Source: Zygnema circumcarinatum SAG 698-1b (taxonomy: Eukaryota > Plantae > Zygnematophyceae). Taken from it: DNA of 64,000 nucleotides. This document shows positions 30,265-48,706 of this stretch, piece after piece. A program made the position numbers and the translations under genes. The DNA lies in assembly GCA_037447605.1 (NCBI GenBank), contig CM074807.1, positions 3,484,829 through 3,548,828 of the forward strand, written 5' to 3'. Every line of letters begins with the position of its first letter. The stretch's first letter is position 1. Below the pieces are notes generated by a model that was given only the letters and a program-made list of their open reading frames with translations, was not told the origin of the DNA and made no database searches.

Positions 30265-31870
30265 ATGGCTGCTGCTGCTGGGAGTACAGCACGGGAGCTA
30301 ACTTCTGCCGCCATGGAGGATGGGAAAGACGAAGAGCTGCGTGAATGTTTCTTGAGCGCCGAGGTATGTACGTTTCCATGCAGTTCTGTGTACTATCAAC
30401 GAACTGAGCAGAACTGAAACGGAACCATTTCCATATAGCTTGACGTTAGGGGGAGCCTGGCGAGCAGAAAGTCGTGATACTTACAGGAGCAGGCACTTCG
30501 GCGGAGTCAGGAATTCCAACCTTTAGAGGTGCTGGCGGCCTTTGGCGAACATGGAATGCCACCGTAAGTCAACCAGTACACAGTTTGATTCTCTTGCATG
30601 TAGCTGCTATCCATTCTCTTTTTCAGAAGGAAATGTTTGGGGAATAAGTAAGTCTGTGAGTCGAGCGCAAAACTATATGAGGGAGAACCCCTTTTCCTTG
30701 GAGTAGTTTCAATCTATATCAGGTCAAAGTTTCTTGATTGATAGCCCTTTCAATCGAATGGCCTGATATTTTTATCGGGTAACACGAGAAATTGCTGTGT
30801 TTCCAAGTATGCTGTTTTTCCCTTACCGGCTGTAACCATTCTTTCTTGCTTTTTTTTAGGAGTTGGCGACTCCAGAAGCATTTCAAGCAGACCCCTCCTT
30901 GGTGTGGGAGTTCTACCACTACCGCAGGCAGGTCCCTATTCTCCATACACACAGTTGAAGCTAGACTCCTAACCATCTGTTCTGGAACCTTTGCTTGATG
31001 ACAAGGTCTAGTTATGACTGCGGGTATTTTGCATGGAACATTTTTTCGCATACAGGGAGATTGTTGCCAAGAGTGAGCCCAATGAGGCACACAGCGTGAT
31101 AGCGCAGGTAGAAAAAATCTGTAAAGCAGAAGGCAAGGCTTTCAGCCTTCTCACTCAGGTGCGCTTGCTTCAACTTTGCATCAAAGAAGACCCTAGTTTG
31201 TTCAAGGGGATTGCTAAACAAACGTCTTCTATTTTCCCCTTGCATTGATAAGGATCGTTCCATGGTCTGAAATTTCTACCCAAAGCCTTCTCATAGAAGT
31301 CCATTCAGCAAATTGCAGACAGCGAAAGCAGACAAGGATGGCCCGACTTTGGAGAGTTAACATTCCGTTATTGCGTGCTACCTGGCACAATCCTGCAGAA
31401 CATTGACGGTCTCCATCAGCGAGCGGGAAGCAGAGACGTGACAGAGCTTCATGGCTCTCTTTGGAAGACCCGCTGCACCCACTGTAATATTGTGAAGGAG
31501 AACCGCCAAATGCCCATCTGTCCTGCCCTGCATGGAAAGGTGAGTCTCACGGTTTATTTCCTGAGTCTCCTCTCGCCAGGCATCACCTCTCTCCCTCCCC
31601 CCCTCCCTCTTTCTTTATCCATCTTCCCTTGATTTCCATACTTCTCTTTCTTTGCAGGGTGCCCCTGATCCGGCAGCTACGGCTGCTCGAATCCCCCTTT
31701 CGCAGCTTCCTCGCTGCACGGACTGCCGGGGGCTCCTTCGCCCCCACGTTGTGTGGTTTGGGGAACGGCTGGAAGTCCCAGTGATGGAGAAAGTCGATCG
31801 AGTGTTAGAGGACTGCAAGCTGCTGCTGGTGGTAGGGACGTCAGCAGTTGTCTATGTGAGTCTCTCTCTC

Positions 31871-31942
<72 letters not shown>

Positions 31943-32660
31943 CCCCTCTCTCTCTCTCGTTCTCTTTCTTCCCCTTCTCCCTCTCTCTACCCCCTTGTTC
32001 TTGCTCTCTCTCTCTCAGCAGGGGCATGGTTCATTACATAAGTGATCAAGGTTGAGTAAGTGATAAGAAAGCCGTTCTGCAGTTGTCTCATCCATCTCTC
32101 TTCTCTTTCTGGACAAAAGAAGCTTTCCTAGCTAGCCTTTGGTAGAACTACTTCCTTTCTTTTGCAATGCCCTTTCTCCTAACTTTTTTTTTTTTGGCAT
32201 ATGGGCAGCCTGCTGCAGGATGGGCTCCTTTAGTAAGGGCTTGTGGAGGGACAGTCGCAGAATTCAATATTGAGGACACTCCCATCAGTCGCATCTCAAA
32301 GTGAGCCACTTGCCTTCTTGCCTTTTTCCAACTTGAAGGAACGAGTCAAAAAAAGGATGAAAGGTACTATTTTCTCAAAGGCTGCCCTGTCTTTTTTTCT
32401 TTTTTCTTTCTAATCTGGAGGAGGTGTAGGGAGAGGGAGAGGGAGAGGAGGGAAATTGGTGGATATAGGAAGTAGATCTGTATGTCCATTTCGCAAGTGA
32501 AGCAAAGCAGTGGTTGCAAAATCTTCACTTTTCATAGTGTGCTGCTCCGTTGTTGCTGCTGTTCAGATTTTGCTTTCGGGGGAGCTCAGCAGCCGTGCTA
32601 CCTCGAATTTTTGGCCCATTGCTCCATAAGCAAAGTCAAGGCACAAACGTGAGTTCATGA
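30265..32660 (+). CDS. SIRT5: NAD-dependent protein deacylase, class III sirtuin (SIRT5/CobB-like)
   Basis: Exons 30265-30363 (frame open back to ATG 29980), 30450-30563 ([22 protein letters not shown]), 30860-30927 (VWEFYHYR), 31056-31158, 31399-31539 (QNIDGLH, HGSL, CTHC), 31658-31855 ([21 protein letters not shown]), 32209-32300 (PAA..EFN), 32567-32660. Confidence 0.95.
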
Positions 32661-33621
32661 AACATCAGTAAGGCAACCCCCCTCCTCTCTACTCACTCCG
32701 TCATCGAGTAGGGCCATGGTCTTTTGACTCGGTAAGGGCCTTTACTTAGTCTCAAAAGTAAAACCAAGCTTTCAGATAACTTCACAAGTTTGCCGAAACA
32801 AGGTTAAATCTTGAAAGTCTTCAATTTTTTGTCTCACCAGCTCTGTTTATCTTTCCCAGCTATACCTTCCAGTTACGGGTTGGGAAGGAAACAGTATCAA
32901 TAAAATCTTTCCTCATATGCTCATATGCTCATATGCTACGTCCTTCCCTCCCCCTCCCTCGTATGCTATGGCCTACAAAACCTCACCCAAAAGATCAGAA
33001 AGTACCACCATCCGAAGTAGAAACTGAAAAAAAAACTACCAGAAATTTGGTTTTCTACCATCTGAGTAGCTGACAGCTAACGATCAATAAGAAGGTAGAG
33101 ATTCACTATATGAGGGTAGGCTATGCCAAAGCACTAGTCTTCTCTTAGTGCTTAAATTTTTGTGAAAGTGAACTTGTTGGGTATTACGAAACAGGAAACT
33201 AAAATTATTTTGTTCAAAGGCTTTGCATAAGTGAAGTCATGACCATGACCATGACCATGACCATGATTATGACTATGAGCTCATCCCTATTGGGCCTGGG
33301 GACATGAGCATGAACACCTCGCAATGGCGATGCCATCAAATGTACATGGACAAAGACACAATGTCGAACGAATGTGAACCAGTAACAAATGACCCATAAA
33401 CGGATGAGATGCTATGAGCACAACTTTGCTTCTTGGCCCAACCCAACACGGCTTGTTTCTTTCGTTTTGTTCAGTCGTCCCCATGTTAGTCTCTTGCCAT
33501 GCGAAGAGTCAGTTATGCCAACTTACATTGACACACGACTTCAACATTGTCTAGACTCTTCGGGCTCGCAAACAAATTGATGAAAAGTAATGCGGTTCCT
33601 ACAAAAGTAAGGAAATCAATT

Positions 33622-33745
33622 ATGGCATCGGTCCCACGATGGCGATGTCATTAGAGGTGCATGAACAACAACGACGACATGGGGAACCACGAGTACCACC
33701 GCTCACCAAAGGACCTTAGGACCAAAGTAAACAAGCTATGAGCCG
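33622..33745 (+). mobile_element. Dispersed repeat family B copy (a partial copy also at ~33320-33360)
   Basis: cacgatggcgatgtcatt..catgaacaac..catggggaaccacgag..aaaggaccttagga. Confidence 0.6.
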
Positions 33746-34026
33746 ACGGCTTATGCAAAATTGCCTGTCCGCATCGACCGATCGATCCAACGGCCACGAT
33801 GCAGCGATCTGCTTATTCGATTACTCAAAAATGAACGGCTCCGCTCTTCCGAAAAGTCCAGAAATTTCGACAGTAAAAATCCAGCGCACCACCAAACTCC
33901 ACTTTTCCAGTTTAACCAAACTCCACTTTTCCAGTTTCTGGTTTCTGGGTTCTGGTTTCCGGCCCCCACAACCGATGCCCTCCGGACCGTCCGATTGACC
34001 GACTGGACCTCCGCCATCCGATCTGT

Positions 34027-34295
34027 CCAATCAGATCCAGCCAATCAAGAGCCAGGAATCTCGCGCGCTGGCGCTACACGTGCGACACTCCATCTGCCAC
34101 GTGGCACGCCCTCCCTCAGCCAATCACGGCAATCCCGCCTGTGCTCTCATTGGCCAATACGCCGCGGATTGCGCGCCACGCCGGACACGTGGCAGCGCGC
34201 GGGGCTGACTCACCGTCCGGGGGCGCCTCTGATTGGCTCCGTAAAACACGGCAGGCTCATCTGGGGGCGGCAGCATCCGGGAGTGCATATATAAA
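34027..34295 (+). promoter_or_regulatory. Core promoter of the desaturase: six CCAAT/ATTGG boxes, three G-boxes, TATA box
   Basis: CCAAT at 34027, 34041, 34120, 34154; ATTGG at 34149, 34232; CACGTG at 34077, 34098, 34186; ATATATAAA at 34287-34295, ~205 nt before ATG 34501. Confidence 0.7.
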
Positions 34296-34500
34296 CTGGA
34301 GTGGGCGCCCGCATTTTCGAATTTGCGACGGAACGGAACTATCAAGAGACGGAAATTGGATCTTGCAGTTTCGAAGCAGGGAGAGGGAGAAGGGAGTGAG
34401 AAGGGAGGAAGAAGGTAGAAGGGGAGAGAGTGGGAGAAGAGGAAGAAGGTAGTAAGGGGAGAGAGAGGGAGAAGGGAGGGGGAGGTTTGATTGAGGGAGA

Positions 34501-37124
34501 ATGGCAGGTGCTTGTGCGACAGGGGCAGCCATTGCGGCGGTGGTAGTGCCGTTGAAGGGGGTTCAGGGGCTGGGAGCGAGCCAGGTGGCGGGGTTCGGAG
34601 GGGTTAGGCTGCCGGTGGGAAAGAAGGGGGTGAAGGGCCACAAAGGGGAGGTGACGATGACGGCAACGCTTCCTGCAAGGTGTGTGAGGGAAAGGGGAGG
34701 AGCTATGGCGACATGGGCATGGCTGAATGGATGGGGTGGGTCGTTGGGAGGAGGACGAGGGAGGTGGGGTTGGCTGCTGTCGCGAGAAAGGGGTGGTCTG
34801 ATTAATGGGAGAGGTACTAGGAGTATGCGCCCTTTGAGTGGAAAGAGGTGAATCTTGATTTAGGGGATTGCATGCAGCAGGGTTTCTAGGGTTTAATTGT
34901 TTTTTGACGTTTCTTGGATGCGGAAATTTCCAGCATTCGACGTCTTTCGCTGTTGAGGGTTGTGAACGGTTGTGTCACGTCAATTCTTGTCGGTTGAGCA
35001 AAAGTTGTGAAAGGCGAAAAGTGACCTCTTTCAATGACCTTATTGAGGATATGCTGGGGGGTGTATGTGAGCAGTCAGATGTATGTTACAACATGTAGGA
35101 ACTTGTGCATGCCATTCTTTCTCGCATATGCACGTCAGCTTCAGTTTCAGTTCCCGCAACTCTTTCCGTTTCTGTTCACTACTGCCGCTACGATGCAACT
35201 TGAAGTTGCACTACAACTGCTCTGCCAGGACAGTCTCGTGGGTTCTTGAAAGTTCTGGTGATTTTTTCGATTGCGGAATTTTGAGGCCAGGGCTTATGCG
35301 GCGCGTCCATTGTAGCCGTACAGTGGGTAACGTTTCAACGTTTCTTTGCATTGGTCCAGTGTGCTTGCTTGGCTTATGGATGTTACCCCTAATGGAGTGA
35401 ATTATGATCGTCTGTGTACGGCTGTGCGAGCTTTATGTTTTTGCCGTTTCTCTGTTGTTGCCTCCTCCTTCCCCTCTTCTTTTCTCAAAATTCAGGCAGT
35501 TATTTTTTCAACATCTGCGCGATTTTCTTCTGCATTTCCATGTGCAGGACTGCGACTGACAATGGGCACGCCGTTGGAAAGGGCCCAAAACATGAGACCC
35601 GTGAGCCTGTTACCCATACAATCACTCCGGAACGTCTGGAAATTGTGCAGCATTTGCAGCCATGGGCTGCAGAAAATCTTCTGCCCCTGTTGAAGCCAGT
35701 GGAGAAGTGCTGGCAGCCGCAGGATTATCTCCCGCACCCTGAGCATGAGGATTTTATGGACCAAGTCGTCGAATTACGGAAGAGGGCGGCGGAGCTTCCT
35801 GACGATTATTTCATTTGTTTAGTGGGAGATACTATCACTGAGGAAGCCCTTCCTACGTATCAGACTATGTTGAATACTTTGGATGGTACAAGAGATGAGT
35901 CAGGAGCGAGCCTGTCGCCCTTTGCAGTCTGGACCCGCATGTGGACGGCAGAGGAGAATCGCCATGGGGATCTTCTGAATAAGTATCTGTATCTCTCAGG
36001 ACGAGTGAACATGAAAGCGATTGAGAAGACCATTCAGTACCTCATTGGCTCTGGAATGGTATGTCCTCGGAATCTCGGGATATCCTCTTATGTTTCCTCG
36101 AGGGATGGTGGCATGTGGATGGGTCAAAACTAAAAGCTTTTGGATTTGTAAATTTTGAAATGAATGCCTGTTGTAGAGAATTAGCCAAAGTGGAGTTGGT
36201 AGGCCAAGAACTCCTCAGTAGGAGGTGTTCAAAGATTCGACCTGCGTAGTGCTATTAAGGGGTAGTATGGGAGTGGGGCAGGGGGGGTTCTGCTTCTTTT
36301 GTAGGAAGTGGAGTTCCAAGTTCTTAGGCATGTATGGTAGTGTGATCACGTAGAATTTATTCGCATGCTCGTCTTAATATACCACACAACAGCAGCCTCG
36401 GCGCTGCTTCTCTTAAAATGCTGCTTCTCTTTTTAAGTGGCATCCGTCAACAGTGTTCATTAGGTTTAATGCTACAAGTTCGGAGTAGTTTGAGTCGTCT
36501 ATTTTGTTTTATGAAGTTGCTTATTCTATGGCTTCCTCTTTCATTGCTGTGCAGGACCCGAAGACAGAAAACAACCCCTACTTGGGATTTGTGTACACTT
36601 CCTTCCAGGAGCGTGCAACCTTTATCTCGCATGGCAACACTGCGAGGCATGCGAAGGACTTTGGAGATGACAAATTGGCAACTGTCTGCGGGCTCATCGC
36701 AGCTGATGAGAGGAGGCATGAAATTGCATACACTAAGATTGTACAAAAGCTCTTCGATCTGGACCCATCAGGAGCCATGCTGGCATTTGAAGACATGATG
36801 AGGAAGCAGATAGTGATGCCGGCTCATCTCATGTATGATGGCGAAAGTGATACTCTGTTCGATGACTTCTCAGCTGTGGCCCAGCGCACGGGAGTATACA
36901 CTGCAAATGACTATGCAGATATCATGGAGCATTTGGTGAAGACATGGAACGTCGAAAAGGTTGAAGGTCTCACAGACGAGGGGCGGAGAGCTCAGGAGTA
37001 TGTGGCGGGACTACCTCCTCGTATTCGGAAGCTGGCGGAGAGGGCGCACGCAAGGAAGGCAAAGACTGGTCCGAAGACGGCTCAGTTTTCGTGGATATTC
37101 AACAGGGAGGTTGCGCTACTCTAA
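34501..37124 (+). CDS. FAB2: Plastid stearoyl-ACP delta-9 desaturase (acyl-ACP desaturase)
   Basis: Exons 34501-34679, 35548-36058, 36555-37124 give ~419 aa. Di-iron motifs [37 protein letters not shown]. Confidence 0.97.
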
Positions 37125-38926
37125 AGTGATTTTTTTGTCGATGTGATTGTCGATTTCTTCTAAGCAGTTCGTATGTTGTTACTTTCGTAGATATCCCCCT
37201 GTATATAGGCCCTCTGTACGTGTCGGATCTATGAGGCGGCATGGGGATGAGGGCAGAAAAGGGGGACCGACCATTTTTCTGCCGCTCTGAGTGAGCGTGC
37301 AGAGAACTATTAATGAGTTGTGTGAGAGGTAGACGTTAGGAAGTGGGAGGGGCGTGAAGCGGCTGGATGCTGAAGGATCCATTGTAAGTACGCCCGTTTT
37401 AGGGTTGGGATTTGATGAGGCAGCAGTGCTTCGATGCAGGGATTGTGCCGTCCTCTAGGCCTGCTTGCTCCTGAACGATGTGATGCTGGGAATGTGAAGG
37501 ATGTGGTGTTGGGGCTATGATGTGATGTTGAATACGTGCTCCTTTTTTTCGGGGTCGAAGGGATATACGTTTTGGGGTTTGTGTTGTGCAGTGATGCCTT
37601 TGTGATGTCCGGAGAGAGAGGGAGTGAGTCTGAACCTTGGAGATGTGAAGGTGCTTTGGGAAGATGTGGCAATGCCAGATGAGTGCTCAGTTGTTTGGTC
37701 GGAGGCGTGAAGCCAAGGGAGGGAAATATGGTAAAGAGAACTGAGACGCTTGAACTCTGAAGGGAATTTGGGGAAGGCTTGAACTGATGAAGATAAGAAA
37801 AGACTTTGAGAAGAAATTTCCTCAACGTACTTCACCGCGGAAAAATAGATGTGAAAAAAACAAAAAAAAGAATAAATTCCAAGTGAATTGACAAGGAGAA
37901 GAAAAAGAAGAAAAAAAGATGGTGGGTGAAGTCGTCTACACTCTTTGTATGTGGAGGAGAACTTAGAATTTGTGGATATGAGTATTGCCACGGTCGGAAT
38001 GTATCTCATGTACGTATCCTGCTATGAGTATATGCAAAATGTTAATTCGTGAGCAACAGAAACGTAAACAACAGTGATGAACAGCACGAAATTCGATCAT
38101 GGCTATCGTGGCCCAGATTTTCGATCTAAGAAGTGTCGCCAGGGAAGGAGGGAGGGAGGAAGGGGGAGGGAGGGGGAGGGAGGAAGGGGGAGGGAGGGGG
38201 AGGGAGGAAGGGGGGAGGGAGGGAGGGAGGGAGGGAGGGATGGGTTCGCCAACAGCTACTCTCAGGGCAGCGCGAAAAACGGCCGCTAAACAGTCTGACG
38301 AGCAGAAACTCTCACCCGGATACAAGTCCCCGAGAAAATGACCTCAGATTTTGCACCTTTCTTTTGAGGAGAAGACAATTCCTTTTAAAAAAAAACGTGT
38401 GCATGTAGTGCGTGCAGCCCAAAGCGGCCCAGAAATTTAGAACGTCTCCCTGTGAACAATTATGAAAACCACTAACTCACGCATTCTCTTCATTCTCGGG
38501 GAGAGGAGAGGAGCAGAAATGCCTCTGTTCTCCGCTATTCGTAACAACCTCAAAAAGCCCGGTGTCATGTTCCAAGCGAGGGCCAAAAGGCTGCTTTCTT
38601 TGGCTTACTTCGCAGAGGACTGGACTTCTAAGTCCTCTAATGTTCTCCCTCTCTCCCTACTTTCCTCCCATTCTCTCGCCCGTTCTCCTGCCCTTCTCGG
38701 CAGCATCCACACGACCTCAATGCAGGATTACCCACCTGAGAGCGGGTTGACCAGACCACTCAGGGAGAGGTGTTCAGAATAATGCATAGTCAGGGCCGAT
38801 AGGTGGTAGTCCCTCCCCATAAGGAGAGATGCTGCCACCTTCTCCATTGCTGTCCTTCCCATACACACGTAATTCTTGGGGTTCCCGAGCCACACTTCCT
38901 TCATTTACGACTCACAGTCCCACGCC

Positions 38927-41900
38927 TCAGTCGTCAATGTCTTTGATGGCATCCTGCAGGCTCCAAGGACCGCATCCCTACAATGGTAAACAGATGCCAT
39001 TTGCATCTCTTCCCACTACCTCTCCTCTCTCTTCTCCTCCTCCCTCTCCTTCCCACCTTCCTCCCTTCCCCATCTCCCCCTCCCCCCACTTCCTTCAGAG
39101 CCTCCTTACCTTCTCCCAGACCCCTGTGCCTAATTCTCTTCCCCCCGGCCTCTTCAACCTCACAACTCTTGCCAAAAAAAATGGGCAAGTTTCGCATGCA
39201 AACTAAAGCGTATTGACGATTACAATCGTCTCAACATTCTCTTGATCGAAATACTCCATGCAACTGAAAAGGAGGCTAGGGTTGGATTTTGACCTTGGCC
39301 ACATTCGTGACGTAAGCGGCTGCTCCGAGAGTGAGGAGCACCCCCGCTGTCAGAGAGAGCAGCTGAGTGCCCTCAAGGCCCTTGCCCCCCTCCGATTCCT
39401 GAGTACCCACAACCCAAGCAAGCATGCGTCGAACCTAAATCCATAATCAAATTCACATCAGAAGGTCCAAGTATCTAAGTTCAACTTAGTACGTAAAAAG
39501 GAAATTGATGCACAATTCACTACTTCAGGAAAAAGCTTCCTCTGTGTAGTGTGCAACTTCCCGCCGTTTTAGCAACTTATAAGGCTGATTACTTTCACAC
39601 CCAATCGTTCAAATCTAGATCCTTGAAAAGTGACAACGTGAAGAGATCACACGATAAAACAATCGTTTCTGCGAACTGGACGTTTTTGACTGCCAACCAT
39701 TCCCCTTCTTCGTCCTAGAGTTCTACACAAGACCATTCTTCGTGCCATTCTTCTACATCACGTAAACCAGTTTGACGCTTCTAAGAATTCGCCACTCCAA
39801 CCTAGAACCCAACAGGCTTCGCATTTTTATTTGCGTTCTTCGGATGGTATCAAGCCAAGTTTCCCCAACTCCCAATGAATTGACGAAAATTGGTCAGCAA
39901 TGCTACAACAGCAAGGAAACAGCTTACCAGTAGAGTTCTTCCAAGCGAGCCGGCACTGACGTAGGCCCACGTACCCGGTAGCATTCCAATAAAGCTGCGC
40001 CCCAGAAATCAAGAAACATGATGACGCACTTGAAGTCTAACTCAAAGTGCATCTCGATCACAAGAATCATGCCTTCACTGTGAAGGTTTTTTGGAATTCA
40101 AGTGCAATGTTCACATCAATTGTGTTTTATGATCTCAAGCAGAGACTATCACTTAAATTATTACGCGTGGAGTGGTAGCCCATTTGCAGTAAAGCTGCAA
40201 ATTATTTGCAGTAAAGCTGCAAATTATTTGCAGTAAAGCTGCAAATGGGATACAATGCTGATGGTTTCCTTCTAGCACTAACAAGGCATTGCCATCGGGT
40301 AGAGTAGACCGTCACACCTCTATATGAACGAGACTGACCTTGCAAGCATGTAAGGCGCCAGTTGTACGGAAGTAAGGCCGTAGACATAATTTCCGATTGA
40401 GAAAGGCAGCAGAGGGCTCAGACGGAGGAGTGCCACTACACGAAAGCTGTCCGCTCCGATCGCACGATCAATTGCCAAAAACTTTTTGTTGTTCTTTAAC
40501 CAGCCCAGAATTCGATCTCTTGCAATATACCGCGATATGAGGAATGCTGCTGTGGCTGCAATCTAACAAAAGCAAAATGGAATGCAACGAGTCAGTGAAT
40601 TTTAAAATAGCCTTAGAATAAGGCCGGAAGCTCATAAGGGAAGGAACAGTGGATCCAGAACTGATAAAGCACAGCTAGTATGAGAATTGGAGACTACAAA
40701 CTGTCGAAATGAAGGTAGCCACGGAGGAATGCCAACCAATAGCTCCAAGCACACCTCTATTTTCACATGCACGGCTTCATCACCTGTCCCTAGAAGAATA
40801 GTAGAGAGTAGCTCTTGCTGATATCAGCAGGTCGCTACATCTTATGCAACAAAACAGTTAATAGACGGTTTTTAACGTTTTTAACGCTTTCGTCGTTCAT
40901 TTGGTCAAGACATCTAACTAAAGTGAAAATACGTACTGTTCCACCGAGAGTGACAAGCATCGTGCCAGTAAGTACACCAAAAAGAAGTCCAGCTGACATC
41001 GTTAAGGGTATGGCCGGGATTGCCAACATCTGCACCACACGTCACGAGGTAGATAATTGTGAGACTTTGAATATCGGTTAGGCAATAACACATGATCGTT
41101 TGATTACAAACGAGGTGTCGGTAGAAGTGCTAAACATTAGCATTGACTAATGACGAAAATAACCACCAAGGACGCATAGTGTACAAGAAGGCAAAAACAA
41201 AAAAGTCGCGTTGTCGTTTGAAGTCTGTAACTTGAAATTAGAAAGAATGAGTTAATGCTGCCCTTCTTCATGTGAACTGAATTATGATGATTCCAAACTT
41301 CAGAGAAGTATGGTTTTCTCAAAGCCTTGTCCGATGAAGCACTCAAGCCGACATACCTCCAATACAGCATATCCACCTACGAACACAGCATATCCAGCTG
41401 GTCCAAGGCCTGCAGCACAGATGAAAGGTAGAAGGCAAAGACTTGTTAGATATGAACACCTCTTGACTTTTTGCAAGCATCCCGTACATCCAGAATAAGA
41501 AGTTGAAGTAAGCAGCAGAACAGATTAAACTGGCAAACTATCTAATAAACTAGACTAAAAAAGTTAAATCTCAAGCCATCGTATGGTGGATAAAGACACT
41601 GTTAAATTATGTAGCCAGCTGACTGTCAGGCCTGGCGTCTTGAAAATGCCTCGCGAGAGGTAACATAGAACAGCTAGACCGTCCAAACTCTACCTCTTAA
41701 GAGGTTCAAAAACGACGCAGATGGCACAGCAAGGTTTCAGGCTTCGGTTAAGCTTAGCGGCTTGCTGAATCATGATAAAAGTTAAGGCATGATGACGAAA
41801 GCTTTCAATCCTCTACAGAACCACATACAAGAAGGGAATACTAAAGCTTGGTATCTCACCTTCTATGTAGTGCTCAAAAAATGTAATAGCATCATAGAGC

Positions 41901-42346
41901 CGATCCTTGAAGTTGAATTCTGTACCTGTAACTCCTGCTACGATTCCGAGCACAACTAAGACCGCCAACAGAATACCGCCTAGAGCAGTCTCTGACATGC
42001 CTTCTTTTTCTTCTCCCGCTTCCTCAGACACCGGTGAAGAGGGCCTACTCTTCTCTATTTCTGTCATCTTACTGCCATTTTCGGAGGGCTTCGACGCGGA
42101 GGCATCAGGAGCTCCTAAACTCTCCCCCCTCCTTTTCACAAGTCGATCCTCCTCCTCAGTCTTTAACGAAGCTGCACACACAAAAGTTCTTCGGCGCCTT
42201 CCACCGCTCTGTGAAACTGCTGCACTTCCAAAAGTGCATCTCATCAGAGGTAAGTCCGAGGGCCTCGTCTTGCATGCGTTCACCCGCACGCCACTTCGCC
42301 CGTGCAGCAGCAGCCCTCCTCCTGCCCATGCAGTAGCTGCCGCCAT
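38927..42346 (-). CDS. Plastid TVP38/TMEM64 (SNARE-associated Golgi protein, DedA superfamily) membrane protein
   Basis: Exons 42346-41860, 41409-41357, 41029-40937 (LAIPAIPLTMSAGLLFG), 40562-40339 (FLAIDRAIG..LLRLSPLLPFSIGNYVYGLT), 39994-39928 (GMLPGTWAYVSAG), 39398-39294, 38953-38927 (DAIKDIDD*); phases consistent. Confidence 0.93.
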
Positions 42347-42743
42347 GGCTGCTTCTCACAAGCACAGCTCCAACCAAACGCAACGTCTTCTTCAGGATCA
42401 AATCAATCCAAGAACCTTTTCTCTACTTCCAAAATCCTACTGAAAGAAACAGAAAAAAAAAAAACAACACACGTATTAATCAGTTTTCCCTTACACCCTC
42501 CCTCCTCCTCCTCCTGCCTCTGCCCTCCCTTCCCTGCATCCCCCCCTCCACCTCCTTCCAAAACCCCTCCAACACCTCTCCAAAACCCTTCCAAGGCCCT
42601 TCCAACACCCCTCCAGAAGCCTTCCAAAACCCCTCCAGAAGCCTTCCAAAACCCCTCCAAGTCCTTTCCAGAGCCCTTCCAAAAGTTCGAGGGGCCCGTC
42701 GCGGCCCTAAACCCTATCCCACCGCGGCATCAACAAGATGCGC

Positions 42744-42877
42744 CACGTGGATGGGACGAATCCGAGATGAGGCCGTTGGGCCTGCCACGTGGCTCCGCGA
42801 ATCGCGGGAAGGACGCGCCTCGCTGTTCGAGCCTGGACAGGCGCCACGTGGCACGCGGACAATGCAGATGCCACGTG
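42744..42877. promoter_or_regulatory. G-box cluster upstream of the TVP38/DedA gene
   Basis: GCCACGTGG-context CACGTG at 42744, 42786, 42845, 42872. Confidence 0.55.
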
Positions 42878-43275
42878 GCGCAGCGTCAGGGCTCGCGGGC
42901 TACCATGCTAGCAGTACGGATGGCGCAGATCCTCGGTATGCGGTGGAAGCTTCGGTAATTTTCGGTTACGAGATTCCAACGGAACGGGAACGAACTGGGA
43001 AAAAACGGAACTTAACTACAAGTTACGGAACGGTACGAAACCGGATGGGACGACATCTCGGCAATTTTTAAACATGTAGACGGGATTACACGGATTTGGG
43101 GATTCTTTTTGAACAGTGTACATAGAACGCCGTTTCTTCTTGACTGTAGGGGGATGTCTCAAGAGTTCCATTTTTTTGCCATTTTGAATGTCTTGAAACT
43201 GAAACATGATGGAACTGCATTCCAAAATGGAGACAACGGAACTGCTAACAAACGAGCGCAAAGAAACGCCACGTG

Positions 43276-48579
<5,304 letters not shown>

Positions 48580-48658
48580 GGTCGCCTCCTCGCTCCTCTT
48601 TGCGGCGAGGATGACCTCAGGGTTCAGGGCCGGCAACCAGCGCCTCTCTGGGATAAGA

Positions 48659-48706
48659 TTAGGGTTAGGGTTAGGGTTAGGGTTAGGGTTAGGGTTAGGG
48701 TTAGGG
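48659..48706 (+). repeat. (TTAGGG)8 immediately upstream of the dehydrogenase start codon
   Basis: Eight perfect copies 80 nt from ATG 48579. Confidence 0.95.
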
